DNA of 64,000 nt from Epiperipatus broadwayi (taxonomy: Eukaryota; Animalia; Onychophora). A program made the translations under genes and the position numbers. The notes below the pieces were generated by a model. It ran no database searches. It was not told where the DNA came from and saw only the letters and a list, made by a program, of their open reading frames with translations. The stretch spans positions 14,384,001 to 14,448,000 of the forward strand of contig JAQFVV010000003.1 in the NCBI GenBank assembly GCA_028023455.1, in the 5' to 3' direction. Shown piece after piece: positions 12,307 to 25,282 of this stretch. Position 1 is the first letter of the stretch. Each line of letters begins with the position of its first letter.

Positions 12307-12939
12307 ATATATAGCTTATAAAAATATAATCAGATGCAAATGATTCCGTTTTATAAAAGATGAGTGTATACTTATATCATTCTAAAGTAATTACAACTAA
12401 TAAAAATATTCTGCCAAATGTTGCTCATAGTATTTCTAATTAAGTATTTTAGTGCATATAAATATGTATTATACCTCTCTTTATTATTGCTTTTAAGAAC
12501 ATTATATTATTTGATGTCAAAAATTACAGAGCAGAAGCCACACAATTTAAGTTTGTATGGCATTATAAAGATGAAAATTTTTAATATTTTTCTTGAGAAA
12601 TTGCTTAAGAGTAATTATTTGCTTGTAAAAGACAAAGTGCCAGAAAATTGAGAAGTTGGACAGTTTTGAAAAATATGTATATTTTCTGGATGATTATTGC
12701 GAGATCCAGATTTCTTTAAAACAATTAACTAGAAATTGTCCAAGTTATAAGTTAAACAAAATTTTCAACCATGATTGAGAAACGTACTTATTTTGGAATC
12801 TGATTAAAGTTTTGAAAATTGGGAGAGTTGTCCATAAATGACTATTAGGATATATAATTTTTTTTCAAATCTTTAAATAAAACACCAAAGATTTGATATT
12901 ATAATTGTCCAACAAATCTGCATGCTCAATATCATGATC

Positions 12940-13100
12940 CATGGCTTCCAAGATTGGACTAACTATGGTTGCAATGCACATTTTAGCTCCGATATAGTAG
13001 ACAAGTAATTGAGCATATATTAGATTAAGACTATCTTTACAAATAGGAAAACAAATGCTTACAATTGATAGATATGCTGATGATTCCAGATGTATGATTT
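12940..13100 (+). mobile_element. Highly degraded RT relic, possibly Penelope-like
   Basis: Across frameshifts reads GLTMVAMHILAPI ... IDRYADDS, resembling the G.AMG..LAP and RY.DD motifs. Confidence 0.3.
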
Positions 13101-16100
13101 TATTGCAGATATCAGATTTCTAACAATAGTTCTGTAAAGATGCAACCATGGACTACAGTAAGCAAATATACCATCCAGAATGGCATTAACTATATGAAAT
13201 GTTACTATAGGATAAAACAATTTTGGGCAGAAAGCTTGCTGATGACCAGATGATTTGTTTGAGATAAATTGGAGTTCTAAGAAAAGATGAGTATGTATTT
13301 GTGAAAAACCTGTAGTTATCTGCCAAATGGATGACTTACAAAATTATATTAAAGATTATTTCAAATCTGTTCAGAATATAAAGAATGAGAGGAATATTCT
13401 GCAAGTCTCTAAAGACTATCAGGATATCGACAAAAGATATCATTTTAACAGTATTTCCAAGATAAAGAGAAAAAAGATCTTTTGTGCACTGTTCAATTTC
13501 TTTAATCGTGGAGTCTATATCTTGGCTGAGTTAGTTTAAAAGGTAAAGAGAGGAGCATGTAATTTTTATATTTGCTAGACCTATTGCTAAAATAATTTTT
13601 TTTATGGTAGCAATTAAATGTGTACAGTTTGGCATAAGCTTATTTAAAAAGTGTAAATATAAACAACCACTTTTGCAAGTAGTTTTTAGAAACATGTAGT
13701 ACATATACATTACTCTTATTCATTTCAAAGAGAAATAAACTTTTAATTTCTAATTCATCAAATTCTTCTTCCCTTATTGAATTATTTTAATTATGAAAGC
13801 TTTGTCAAATTTGAGATACTAATATAAATTACATTAAAATGACAAATGTGGCATTATCAACTGATGGTAATTAAATGTTCTCAATTATTCCTATCAACCT
13901 TCAAGTTAGAAAACATATATATATACCTCTGATAAATATTTATATTCAATACTATTGGCAAAAAATTATTACTTAAAATTACAAATGTATTGAATTATTA
14001 TTGATAGAGATATATCCAAATAATATTCTTAGAAAGAGTTGAGAAGGGAATAACAAATAAATAAATTGCATGGGTGGTTATTTAGGAGATGTGATGTTTA
14101 AGCATCACAGTTAACATTCAATCAAGCAAATTGAGTTTTTTAAAATCTCAGTAGTAACTGAACTAATAAGTTCTAGCTTTTGAGTCTACTACATTATAAT
14201 TAAGCTAAATTATTCGGTAAAAACAGAGAAAGTTCGTTTTCATTTTACACTTTCTCCGAGAAAAAGAAAACCATTTCTTCATGACAATGAACCCTTCTTA
14301 AATTCAACAATATTTTCCAAAAGTATGATTAACATGCTGCATTTCTCTAAAAAAAAGTCTATTTTATATTAGGATTAATTTTTGCTATGACTTAGTTAAA
14401 TGCCCAAAAGCAATAGATATATCTTAGTGTTATTATTAAATAACTTATACCTCATTGTTTCCGATTTAATCTTTATCTGTTTTTTCATATGATTTGAAGC
14501 AATAAGAATTATAAAAATTATGCACTGTTTATTAATACATGCTCTATCAAAAGACATTGCCTATAGATGATAGTATGAATGGCATTGCTTCTGAATGATT
14601 TATTATTTCTAGCATATAAATCATTTATCCATTTTTTCACCTTTTCAATATACTTATTTAACAATTTATCATTCTGTACTTCAATTGTCGTTTAATTTTT
14701 TACAAATCTGCTACTCACTCTACATTTATTCTTATCTTGTAATTCAAAAGTTTTTTCTAATGACACTTATCTAACTTTACCAATTCTATTTCTTGCACAA
14801 TATAGTGATACTCAAGAACTCAAGATTCCTGGATCAATTTTCAATTGAACAAAACAGCAACAAAAAATATCTAAGTGTGATCAATTGACTGGAATAATTG
14901 TGTTAAACTTTCTGAGCCACTAACCATGTTATTATAATTTTATTAATCATTCTATTGTTAATTTATGGAGATGGGGTGGTTACTCTGTTACTTCTATAAT
15001 GTACTGTTGAGATTCCAGTTCCATTCAAATTTACCATAAAAATTTCTCATCCCACATTGAAATTTACACAATCATTTAATCATTATCTGAAATATCTATA
15101 TGATTTTTACTTTCCCATTCAACAGATATCTTTATTTAATTTATTAATGTACCATTTCCTTCTAAGTCGAGACCTACGATTATATATTAATTCAGAATAG
15201 CTTTAAAAATCATGCTAATAATGCAAATACACATCCTAGACATGATAATAATTCTAAAACACAATTCAGTATTGGTAGAATTGAAGATAAATTTTGCCCT
15301 ATCATCCCCAACTCTCAATATTCAAATCCTTCCATTATGTTGCTACTAATCCTATAAAATCTTTATCAATCTTTCATTTTTTATTTCTTTGTCCTAATTC
15401 ATAATCTTCTATAGTCATTTATTAAACAGGTTTAATTTTTTATTATTTTATGCAATTATAATGATAATGGATTAATGTAACATTAATTCATTAAACAGCT
15501 TCCATCACTAAAGAAAACTACAAATCCACTAATAAACTATTGTTATCTATTGTAACTTGTTAAAATTTCTTATTGTCCAAAGATACGGACTTTGGAAAAT
15601 TTTTCTGACTTTAGACAATTAGAAATTTAAACAAATTACAATTGATAATAATAGTTTATCATTAGTTTTCTCTAGTAATAGAAGCTTATTAGTGTTATTG
15701 TTACATTATATTAACTGCATTCCATTTTTGTTTACAAAATGCATGCATAGTTTGAAAGGGTAATCTGAGTTTCAGCGCTGGTAGATGATTTACAATATGG
15801 TAGAGTTGTGATAAGAAAAGTAGAATAAAAACAAACTGACAAAAAAAAATATCTTTGCAGTAGACAGAAACAGGTACACCTTAAGATAAAATGTAAATAT
15901 AATGGAAAACTATTAAATTGCCAATATTGCCATGGAGATTCAGATATTTGATATCTCTAACTCATCTGATAAATAAAATTTGAATACATAGGGAGAAAAG
16001 TGATTTAAGTTTCTGGGCTAGTGGGTGTTTGTAATATGGAGTTGATATGATAGATGCAATAGAATAAAAAATTGAAAATATATTTATGCTTTCTTGAATA

Positions 16101-16499
16101 AAGTTTTATATAAAATAATTATTACAACAATCACATAGGATGATTTTATCAGTTTACTATTAATATTACTATAAGTTAGAATTCATTTTTCTCAAAAAAC
16201 AACAACAACAACTAAGTTTAAGCAGTCAATGGATCTGTTAGTGTTATATCTAAAAGTGGCCAATAAAACTAGTCTGGTAATTTTCATGTGTTAATACTAT
16301 CATCTAGTATCCTGTGATTACTCAAGTTTAAAATAAATGGTTCTGGAATGAAATAAATTGAATGAAGTACACTTTCTAGCACAAAATAATCATTATAAAA
16401 CCATGTGTATTTATTTACAACTCAACTTTTCTATACATAGTTTCTATTTCTTCATCATATTCCCTTGTAATAATTCCCAGATATCACAATTTATAACCC

Positions 16500-16850
16500 T
16501 CTCAAAAGATTGTAATGGTATCATATGAAACACCCCATTCTCCATGTTTTTTCATGGTTTAAGATTCCACATAATATCTCATGGAACTTGTGAAAATGCT
16601 TATTCAGATATGGACATCATATTGAGAAGTAACCATATGGATAGATCTCTACTTGTCTTTGAAAAGAAGTTTTCTGTAGGTTAGATTTCATTGCTATGCA
16701 TTTGAAATATGCCATTATCCACCTGACTTACTTATTGATTAAGTTCTTTTAAAATAGATGCATTAGTCTTGGAGATGATCCCAGAAAATTAGATGCATTC
16801 TCTGAGAACAACATATTTCAAATGCATTTATCTCACCCTCTCCCTCTTTT
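16500..16850 (-). mobile_element. Degraded RTE-like LINE C-terminal fragment
   Basis: Minus strand reads AFEICCSQRMHLIFWDHL..TNASILKEL across a frameshift, similar to the RTE motif AFEMWCWRRMLRISW.D..TN..IL.EL. Confidence 0.35.
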
Positions 16851-17651
16851 TTTTAGTATCTTTCAATGGCAAAAGTGGCCAATTGGAAAAAAAAAATTAT
16901 CTTTGGTATTTCTTGATATGTTTCAGTTTCATTTTTTTAAAAATTTAATCATTGTTGTTCTTCTACTTCCTGATACATATATTCATTTAAATTAGGTAAA
17001 AAAGTTTTTCAATAATGTAAAAACACAAAACGAACAAACTGTTAAAAAAATCATTTATTTATAGAAAACATGTTCTAACATAATGCAATAAAGTTATAAA
17101 CACATACATAAAAAAAAAAAAAATTGTTAAAACTAACGATAAGGAAATTCAAGAATAAAAAATGTTTGAGTTAAAAATTTGTTTGTGTATGTGTGTGCAC
17201 ACTATATTTTACAAATAATTTTCAAGAAAATAAGCAAATGCCAGTGACTAATTTTTAACTGCAATTTGTTTCACTTAACAAATGACAAAAAAGAATTGCA
17301 TCAATTATTTATTTTATTTACTTCTCACTTTTTTTTTTTAAATATAAGTATAGAGAAATAGTAAATATATTATTTTCAGGTTAGAAATAGATGACTGCAG
17401 CCATTTAGTAATCCTACAGATATCAAGGATACAATTCAAATGTACAAAAGTCCTAAATATAATCTCTAAAGTATTTTATAACTTAAATCAACTCATAACA
17501 GTTGTTAATAAGTCTTGACTGGATTAATCTAAGTTTTTTCAGTACCCCTCCAAAAGAATGATTAATAATCATGAAACAATCTATCATGTCATGAGATAAA
17601 TAAAAGCTTTAATGTTTTTAATTGATGACAATCAATTTATACATATAAATA

Positions 17652-18151
17652 TAATTAGATACCAACCAGTAACCACCTAAACATTCACAGTAAAGATAGT
17701 AATCAATATTTCTCACTGTTGTCAAGGCAACCTTCTCACCTTTTAATAGCAAGAATGAAAATCCATTCTTACTAATGTCCATTGAATATATATGGACACT
17801 TAAAGATTGCAACTTGACTACATAGTATGAAATATTGACACAATGAAGTTTAAATAAACCTCTTTAAACATGAAATAAACATGTCACTGTAATGCAGACT
17901 AATAAATAATCAATTATAACATTACAAACTGCAATATTTTTAAATTGCTCATGTATTATTTAGAAATAATAAGTGAAATAGTGCTTAAAGCTAAATGGGA
18001 TAATGATGTAATTAGATACCAACCAGTAACCACCTAAACATTCACAGTAAAGATAGCAATCAATATTTCTCATTGCTGTCAAGGCAACCTTCTCACCTTT
18101 TAATAGCAAAAATGGAAATCCATTCTTACTAATGGTCCATTGAATATATAT
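17652..18151. repeat. ~140-bp direct duplication
   Basis: 17652-17793 and 18009-18151 (TAATTAGATACCAACCAGTAACCACC...GAATATATAT) are about 95% identical. Confidence 0.9.
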
Positions 18152-18475
18152 AAACCTATAGCAAAAATTGCAGGTAATTATATTTTACAAGAAGTAGTTT
18201 GGAATTTCTATGAAAATTAATATTTTTTTCATAATGGTATGTATTAACAATAGACATTACATGATTATTTTATTACATTTAACTCATGCTGTCTTCATTC
18301 TATTCAAAAGACATGTCTAGTTCTATCTCCAAACTGACTGCAGTACCAACTCTGTATCAATGTATGTGTTACATAATGATATAAATTTAGCTATTTACCA
18401 TAAAAATTTCAAGGCACCAGCATGTATAGGTCGCAAATTATGTCATGAAATGTGACATTGTTTCATACCTTAACC

Positions 18476-20215
18476 CAGTGTTTTTCAAAACATGTTTTGT
18501 GGAACACTGGTGCTTTGTGACTCGCTTCATAAGTTCCACTAAAAAAAAAAAAATTGTAGAAATGCTATTGTAGCCATAATTGAATTGCCCACAATTTTTT
18601 GGGTAATTTATATATTATTTAGATATCAGGTAAGCATTTATTTTAAAATATCCTACAATATCATAAAGAGCAGTAAATGTTTTATTGTTCTCAACATAAA
18701 AACAAAAAATGCAAACAAACTTGAAAACTTAGAGTAGGAAATGTGAATGGCATTGTCATTCATTCATCCAAATATTTCAGAATTTTGTGAGAAACATCAA
18801 GTACCTATTTCTCATTAAATTTATTCTTTACTTTATTAAAATTTTTAATTTGTTTTCAATGATTCTTTAAATATAATGATAATAATATAATAAAACTACT
18901 ATGTTTATGTAACTATAACAAACCTGTTTTATTTCCTTTGTTATTACTCTCATATACATGGTACTTTAAAAGTTTTAATTTCCTATAACATTTCTATATT
19001 TTCTTTTGACAATTTGATGTTATTGATGAGTCACTTCTGTAAAATATTAAGTAATTACCAAATCATCTTTTCCTTTATTTTTGATATAATATCTTATATA
19101 AATCCAATTTACCCAAATAACTTCGAACACTTTTTAACAAAAATCTTTTATTGTACATATATATGCATACACCTGTTTCGACTGTCCATTGTAGGTCATC
19201 ATCATCATCATTATCAACCATTATCAATCCACTGCAGGATGAAGGTCTCTCCAAGTTTAATCCATCTTCTCCGATCTTTAGCTTCTCTTCTCCACATCAC
19301 CCCTACACATTTTCTTATTTCATCCATCCATCTTACATGTGGTCTCCTTCTGGGTCTTTTACAATCTCTTGGAATCCAGTTTAAAATTTCAATTGTCCAT
19401 CTATTATCATCTCTTCTAGCAATATGTCCAGCCCAACTCCACTTCAATCTTTTAATTTTTTCAATGAGGTCAGTAACACCTGTTTGTTCTCTTACCCATA
19501 CATTGCGTTTTCGATCTCTTCTTGTTACTCCCAACATACATCTCTCCATACTTCTTTGAGTGGTCTGAAGTCTCTGTATTGATCTTCTATTAAGTGTCCA
19601 AGTCTCAGATCCATAAGTAAGAACTGGTAAAACACATTTGTTAAAAACCTTTCTTTTCAAACACATAGGCATATTTCCTTTTAATATCAAGTTATTTCTA
19701 CCAAAAGCACTCCAACCAAGTTTAATTCTATGATTAATTTCCTCTATTATGTTTCCATCTGTATTAATAATCTGACCAAGGTATTTGTAACTCTTAACTT
19801 CTAATTCATCATAATCAATCTTTATTTTCATATTTGGAGCAAATCGATTAAACATTACTTTAGTCTTTTTAACATTTATCTTTAGTCCTACTTTCCTACT
19901 TTCATCTGATAACTCCTGCAACATTTCCTGCAGCTCGGAAGCATTATTTGCAAAAACAACTACATCATCTGCGAAATCTAAATGACTTAAATAATATGTA
20001 CAATAAAAAATTTTTGCTAATGACAGTTGAAACATAGGTGTATGTGTATATATTTATAATAAAAGGTTTTTGCTAAAAAGTGTTCAAAGTAATTTGGATA
20101 AATTGAATTTATTAAGTAATTATTTTGTAATTTTGAATTTTTGTATGTTAGTGTTCCACATGAAAAATATTAAGTGAAATGTGTTCTGCAATTCTACAAA
20201 GATTGAGAACCATTG
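18476..20215. mobile_element. Non-autonomous hAT (Buster/Charlie-type) element with nested insertions
   Basis: TIRs CAGTGTTTTTCAA / TTGAGAACCATTG. 8-bp TSD CCTTAACC (18468-18475) / CCTTAATC (20216-20223) fits the NNNTANNN Buster pattern. Confidence 0.8.
19196..19994 (-). mobile_element. 5'-truncated RTE-clade LINE (RT C-terminal half) with (TGA)n tail
   Basis: ORF 19214-20035: LDFADDV, GLKINVKKTKVM, LTYGSETW, LKWSWAGHIARR, RPRRRPHVRWMDEI. (TGA)n tail at 19196-19210. Homology to the 41849-43690 copy stops at 19994. Confidence 0.93.
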
Positions 20216-21266
20216 CCTTAATCTATAATAAAACAACATACTAGCATTTAATTTTGTTTTAGACTGCACTGAAATGTTTGCAATGACTCAAATTGTGTAT
20301 GGCAATGGATCTGTGAAATATTTTCAAATAGTTCTCAAAATTTCATAATGACAGGGAGATCATGGAAGATGATCAATCTTTATATGAAATACATGGTCAC
20401 ATTTAATGTTATAACTTGTGATTCATGTATAACAACAAATTTTTTTTATGGTAAACTACTAAACTATGTCACTACATAATACATGCATTGAAACAGATAC
20501 CATTGTAGATGGTTTAAAAAAATTCCAGTCACTTTTTCATTGGAACACACAGTGTATTATGATCTTGATTAATCTATAGATACTAGATAGAAATGATACT
20601 AAACAAAATCCAAAACTATCACGTTTACACCCCCTGATTAGTTTATGGCCTTTATCAATGAAGAACTAATACATTTGGATTTCATGGATCTAATATACCT
20701 TACATCTATCAACCATTTTTAAAAAAAAGGTAAACTCATAGTTGTTTTTAACTAGCATATTAAATGCCATCTAATAGGTTTTTCAGTTGGTTCCCAGTTC
20801 AGAATTGGGGGAGGGTTGTCTTTGATCAATTGAATGAGATTGTTGTCCTCATTCTGTTATTTTGGTGTTTAACCAAAACTTCATCTCTTGAGCAATTCCC
20901 ATAATTTATTTTTTAATGCTTTTATAATAAAAATAAATATCAAACAATAGGTACTTATGGGAATTCCTTTTGAATTACTAACTGACTTGGAAATTGAAAA
21001 TCAAGCTTGATCAGATGACTATTATTATTCAAGAGAAAATTTTGATATAATAAATGTGATTGACTAATCTACCATTCAGCAATTCATAACAATACAAATT
21101 GTCAGAAACAAGGCCTAATTGATAAAAGAACTGTACTTATTTAATATATAAGAAACAGAATTGATTTTCTCATATCATAGTTATAACACTAATCAAAACA
21201 AAATCTGAATTGATAGAAGAAATATTCAAAAAATTCCTGAATGTTTGTGATGATAGTATTTTAGTT

Positions 21267-21665
21267 GTATTTATATATTGGGCTATTTCCATCATCTAAT
21301 ATTAAATATTGAATGTCTTTAGAAAAATTTTACTTTATTTAAATTTTCCAATTACATTCAACTGTTAGTAATAGCATGCAGGTTAGCATATGCACAATGT
21401 TTCAAAAAATATTATTCTCCTCTCTTAAAATTGAATATTTAAGAATCTAAAGGTCCATGTTCAATTTCCATGTTAGTACTGTCACTGGTCAGGTCAACAA
21501 CATTTGAGAAGAGAGGAGAATAACTATTGGAACATTATGCATATACTCACCTGTGTGCTATTACTGACAATTGAATGTAATTAGAAAATTTAAATAAAGT
21601 TAAATATTTCTAAAGACATTCTATACTTAATATTAGATGATGGAAATAGTCTAATATACAAATAC
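21267..21665. repeat. Foldback element, family C (~128-bp inverted arms)
   Basis: 21267-21394 is inverted at 21537-21665 (ATATTGGGCTATTTCCATCATCTAATATTAAATATTGAATGTCTTTAGAAAA...). Same family at 43695-43869 and 63660-64000. Confidence 0.85.
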
Positions 21666-23149
21666 ATTCAAAGAATGGTTTTCAATTTAAATGTTTGAGC
21701 AAATGGTCATTTGGATAGTGAAGATAGGCTGAAGAGATGATTAGAAATGGGCCCAATGATGACAATCAGAGCATCAGTGTAACAAAATGGGCAGGAATAG
21801 GATTTAAAGTAAAATTCAGTGATGACTAATGATGAAGTCTATCCTATAATAAAAATCCTAAATTTTTGCATCAGTGAAAATAATAATTAAGAGGATTGTA
21901 GATGAATTTGGAAATAATGAAGTACAAAACTATATATATATAGTATTTTCTAAAATTTGTTAAATAATATTTTTGACAAAATTAGTAAACTACCTTCAAA
22001 AATGCACAAAATGTTCATTATTTGAGATGAAAATGTAACATGATTTTCAGTAAAATAACTAAAAAGCTTATAGATAGTAAATTATATGCAGCCAATACAA
22101 TTCCAGAGATTTATAAAACTAGGATTGTTTTAAATCTTGTTAAGAGCATTGTAGCATATGAGACTGTATCATTTTGCTTGTGACTTTATAAGCAATACCA
22201 TGCTCTTGGACAATTGATATTTTCATATAAAGTCATATGTATACTATCACTTTGTACATAGGTAGGGATATGCTGCACTTAATATCAGGAGATTTCAACT
22301 ATAAACTGGAAATATTTCCTGAAAAATATTTTAAGTAATTTTGATGAAATGATGATTTAACAACTATAGTAGAAATTCTTCCAAATAATCCAGTTTCTTT
22401 TTATAAAATAAATATAAAAAATATCAGCCCTCAAAATTATGGTAGTTGTATCTACTTTCATAGATCAAGCTATTTTAATTTGACACAGCAATAGTTTGAC
22501 CCAAGTGGGGTAAAACTTAAATGGGAGGCCACTAAAAATAGTTTTGAATTGCCTGTTTAAGTACAAAATACTTACCATCAAATTAAAATTGGAATATAAT
22601 AAACTTTACAAAGTGACATCTGAAGATTCTTACTGCAATGAGTTATGAAAAACTACCATAAATTAATCAAATAAACATGGTCTCAAAAAACATCATATTT
22701 ATAATTCCAGAAACATTAATGACAAACTAGTAGTTTCAGACCTTATAAATTAATTGGATTTAAATAATTTTTTAAGTCTAAATGTGATAATGAAAAGATA
22801 AAAAGTGAGCAAATTATATCAATTTTCAAAATCTGATGAAGCTAAACTAATTACATTGAAAGGGTGTAGTCAAACACCACAGTAATCTTAACATTTAATA
22901 CGATTATTTTATACCATTGGATAACATTATTGAGCATCTCAGCCAGATCAATTTATTTTAAAATCATTAAAAAAAAATCATTTGTTTCATTATGTCCAAC
23001 TTAAGCTCATCATTCTTGAGGAAGTCTTCTCCAATACATAAGCTAAAAAGTTGTTTAAAAAATTAATCAATTTCTATAAGACAATATTCCACACTCATGT
23101 TATGGTTTACAATACTATTGCAAACAACACTAAACTCTTGACATCCTAG

Positions 23150-25282
23150 CAAGGGTTGGCAACTCCAGGCCCACAAGAGATTTTTGTCTAGCCCTCCAGC
23201 TTAACAACTAGACACCAATTATCTAGAGATTAGATAACTAGTAGCCAGTGGTTAGATATTAGTATATTGGCAAACATTTAATAAAAAATTATTTGTTTTC
23301 ATTGTTTCTTATTTCTCCATACTGATTTATTTTTTTCTTTCCTTTCCAGAAGTTCTTTTTTTCTAAGGAAAAACAAACCCATGGATAAAAAAAGGTAAAT
23401 CTTGAGTGCTGAAATTTTAATGAAGGTTGTATACATAGCTATTTTTTCTTTGAGTACTTTGGGAAATGTATTTGCTTGATTTGTAAAGGTACCATTGCCA
23501 TGAAGAAAGTTTCAAATATTAAAGGCACTATGAAACTTGTCATAATTGTTACAACAATTTTACAGTAAAACACAAGAAAATTAAATTGACTGAAACACTC
23601 ATGTTAGTTACAAGAAGTCATAATTAATTTCAGAAAAGATGAAACTTTTTACTGATGGAGAATTCTTCAAAGAATGTATGTTGAAAATAGTGAATGTTGT
23701 TTGTTTAAAAAAAAAGAAATTACTTTCTGCAATAAGCTTATCAGCAAGAACTGTAACAAAATGAATAGAAGCACTGGCAGAAAATGGCAGGAAATATCAG
23801 AAGTGACCTAAAGGACATTTTAACAAATCTGGAATATTTTTCCATTGTTATTGATGAAATCACAGATATGATGGATACTTGCCAACTTGCAATATGTGTG
23901 AGGAGTGTAACATGGATATTTGAAATTGTGCAAGGATTTGTACAATTGATTCCTATAAAGGACCCTAGCATTAGAAATATATTTTGGGAGGCATTATAAA
24001 ATCTATTTCTGAAATAAATCTTGATTTATCAGAGCTTACTGGAGTAATCATAGATGGAGCACCAGCAATGGTTGGAGAAAAAGAGGTTTGTTTCATTGCT
24101 TCAAGAATACATTGGTATTGATTACAAACTAATCAAACTTCACTACATTATTCATCAGGATACATTATGTGTAAAGTCATTGGATTTTAAGGATATCATG
24201 GAAGTGATCATAAAAACAGTGAATTTTATACTTTCAAGAGGACTAAATCACTGCCAGTTTCAAGAATTTCTAAAACAAATTGAATTGGAATATGGCGATC
24301 TTACATATTTTTCAAATGTCAATGGTTTAGCCGAGGAAAAATGCTGGAACAAGTATATGCATTGAGAGAAGAGATTGCTATGTTTTTAGAGAGCAAAGAC
24401 AAAGATAATTCTTGCTTCCACAGTGTATTGTCAGTTAGAATTTATGATAGATATTATGACCAATATGAACAAAATCTTGAGAACAAGCTTATACTTGAAA
24501 TGTTTGATCAAATTACTGTTTTTGGGAAAAAAATTTGACTGAAAAAATCATAACTTCAGACAGGCAACTACTCTCATTTTACAAATCTCCAAAATCAAAA
24601 GAAAGAAATAATACTAGACATTTATGTGAGCTCTATTCACAATTTGAGAAGCAAGTTTTCTTCTGTTTTGTGGATTTCAAATCAATTTATATTATTTGTT
24701 TCTCTTTATGAAGTTGATGAGGAACAAGTGGCAGAAAAAAATCAGTTGGAGTTAATCAACTTACAATATGACAAATTTTTGAAATCAAAATTTCACTATG
24801 AGTCCACTGCTAACTTCTACAGGAAATATGTATTGCCGAGCAAGTACATATGCTTGTGAACAACTTTTTTCAAAAATAAAATATTCTAAAAGTTGTTTAA
24901 GAATAAGATTGCGTGATGACCACATGAATGATGTTTTGCTTCTGGCATCAACAAACATTTCTCCTGTTCTGGAGAAGTTAGTAAACAATAAGCAGAAACA
25001 AGTGTCATATTAATTAATTTGCCATTTCTAATTGTATTTTGTTTATAGTAAGGAATTTGCAATATTTTGTTGTGTTTGCAGTAAGATGTTGTTTTACTGT
25101 TATTCCTACAGTAAAATAAGTAACCTTAAATAAAATTACATTGATTTCCTTTTTTTCTTTAAATACCCAGACCAAAACAGCTTTCTAGAAAGAGCGGCCT
25201 AAGTTTGAGATGGTTTATTTGTAGTACATTTGATATCATGGTTCTCCTTCAAGGTACTGCATGGCAGTCTTGCTGACCCCTG
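23150..25282 (+). mobile_element. hAT Buster-family (SPIN/GTF2IRD2-like) DNA transposon, inactivated
   Basis: TIRs CAAGGGTTGGCAAC / CTTGCTGACCCCTG. The right flank TCCTAGAC is partly duplicated at the left (TCCTAG). Encloses a transposase relic. Confidence 0.88.
23381..25013 (+). pseudogene. Buster/SPIN-type hAT transposase relic
   Basis: BED-like CLICKGTIAMKKVSNIK.HYET, FSIVIDEITDMMDTCQLAICVR (first D), DGAPAMVG (second D), HYIIHQDTLC and STYACEQLFS (E). Many stops and frameshifts. Confidence 0.9.

Noticed and set aside
19014-19559. 181-aa plus-strand ORF (also 41791-42281)
   Set aside because: Antisense shadow of the RTE ORF; the poly-His run is the (TGA)n tail read backwards.
21625-21660. 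ATATTAG-ATGATG-GAAATAGTC-YAATAT in family C as a stem-II-less hammerhead
   Set aside because: It lacks CUGA and stem II entirely, so it cannot be a functional hammerhead. The resemblance may be coincidental.
22576-22619. Minus-strand exon with good splice signals
   Set aside because: Stops occur in all three frames and a donor follows. It cannot be supported as a coding exon of the candidate gene.
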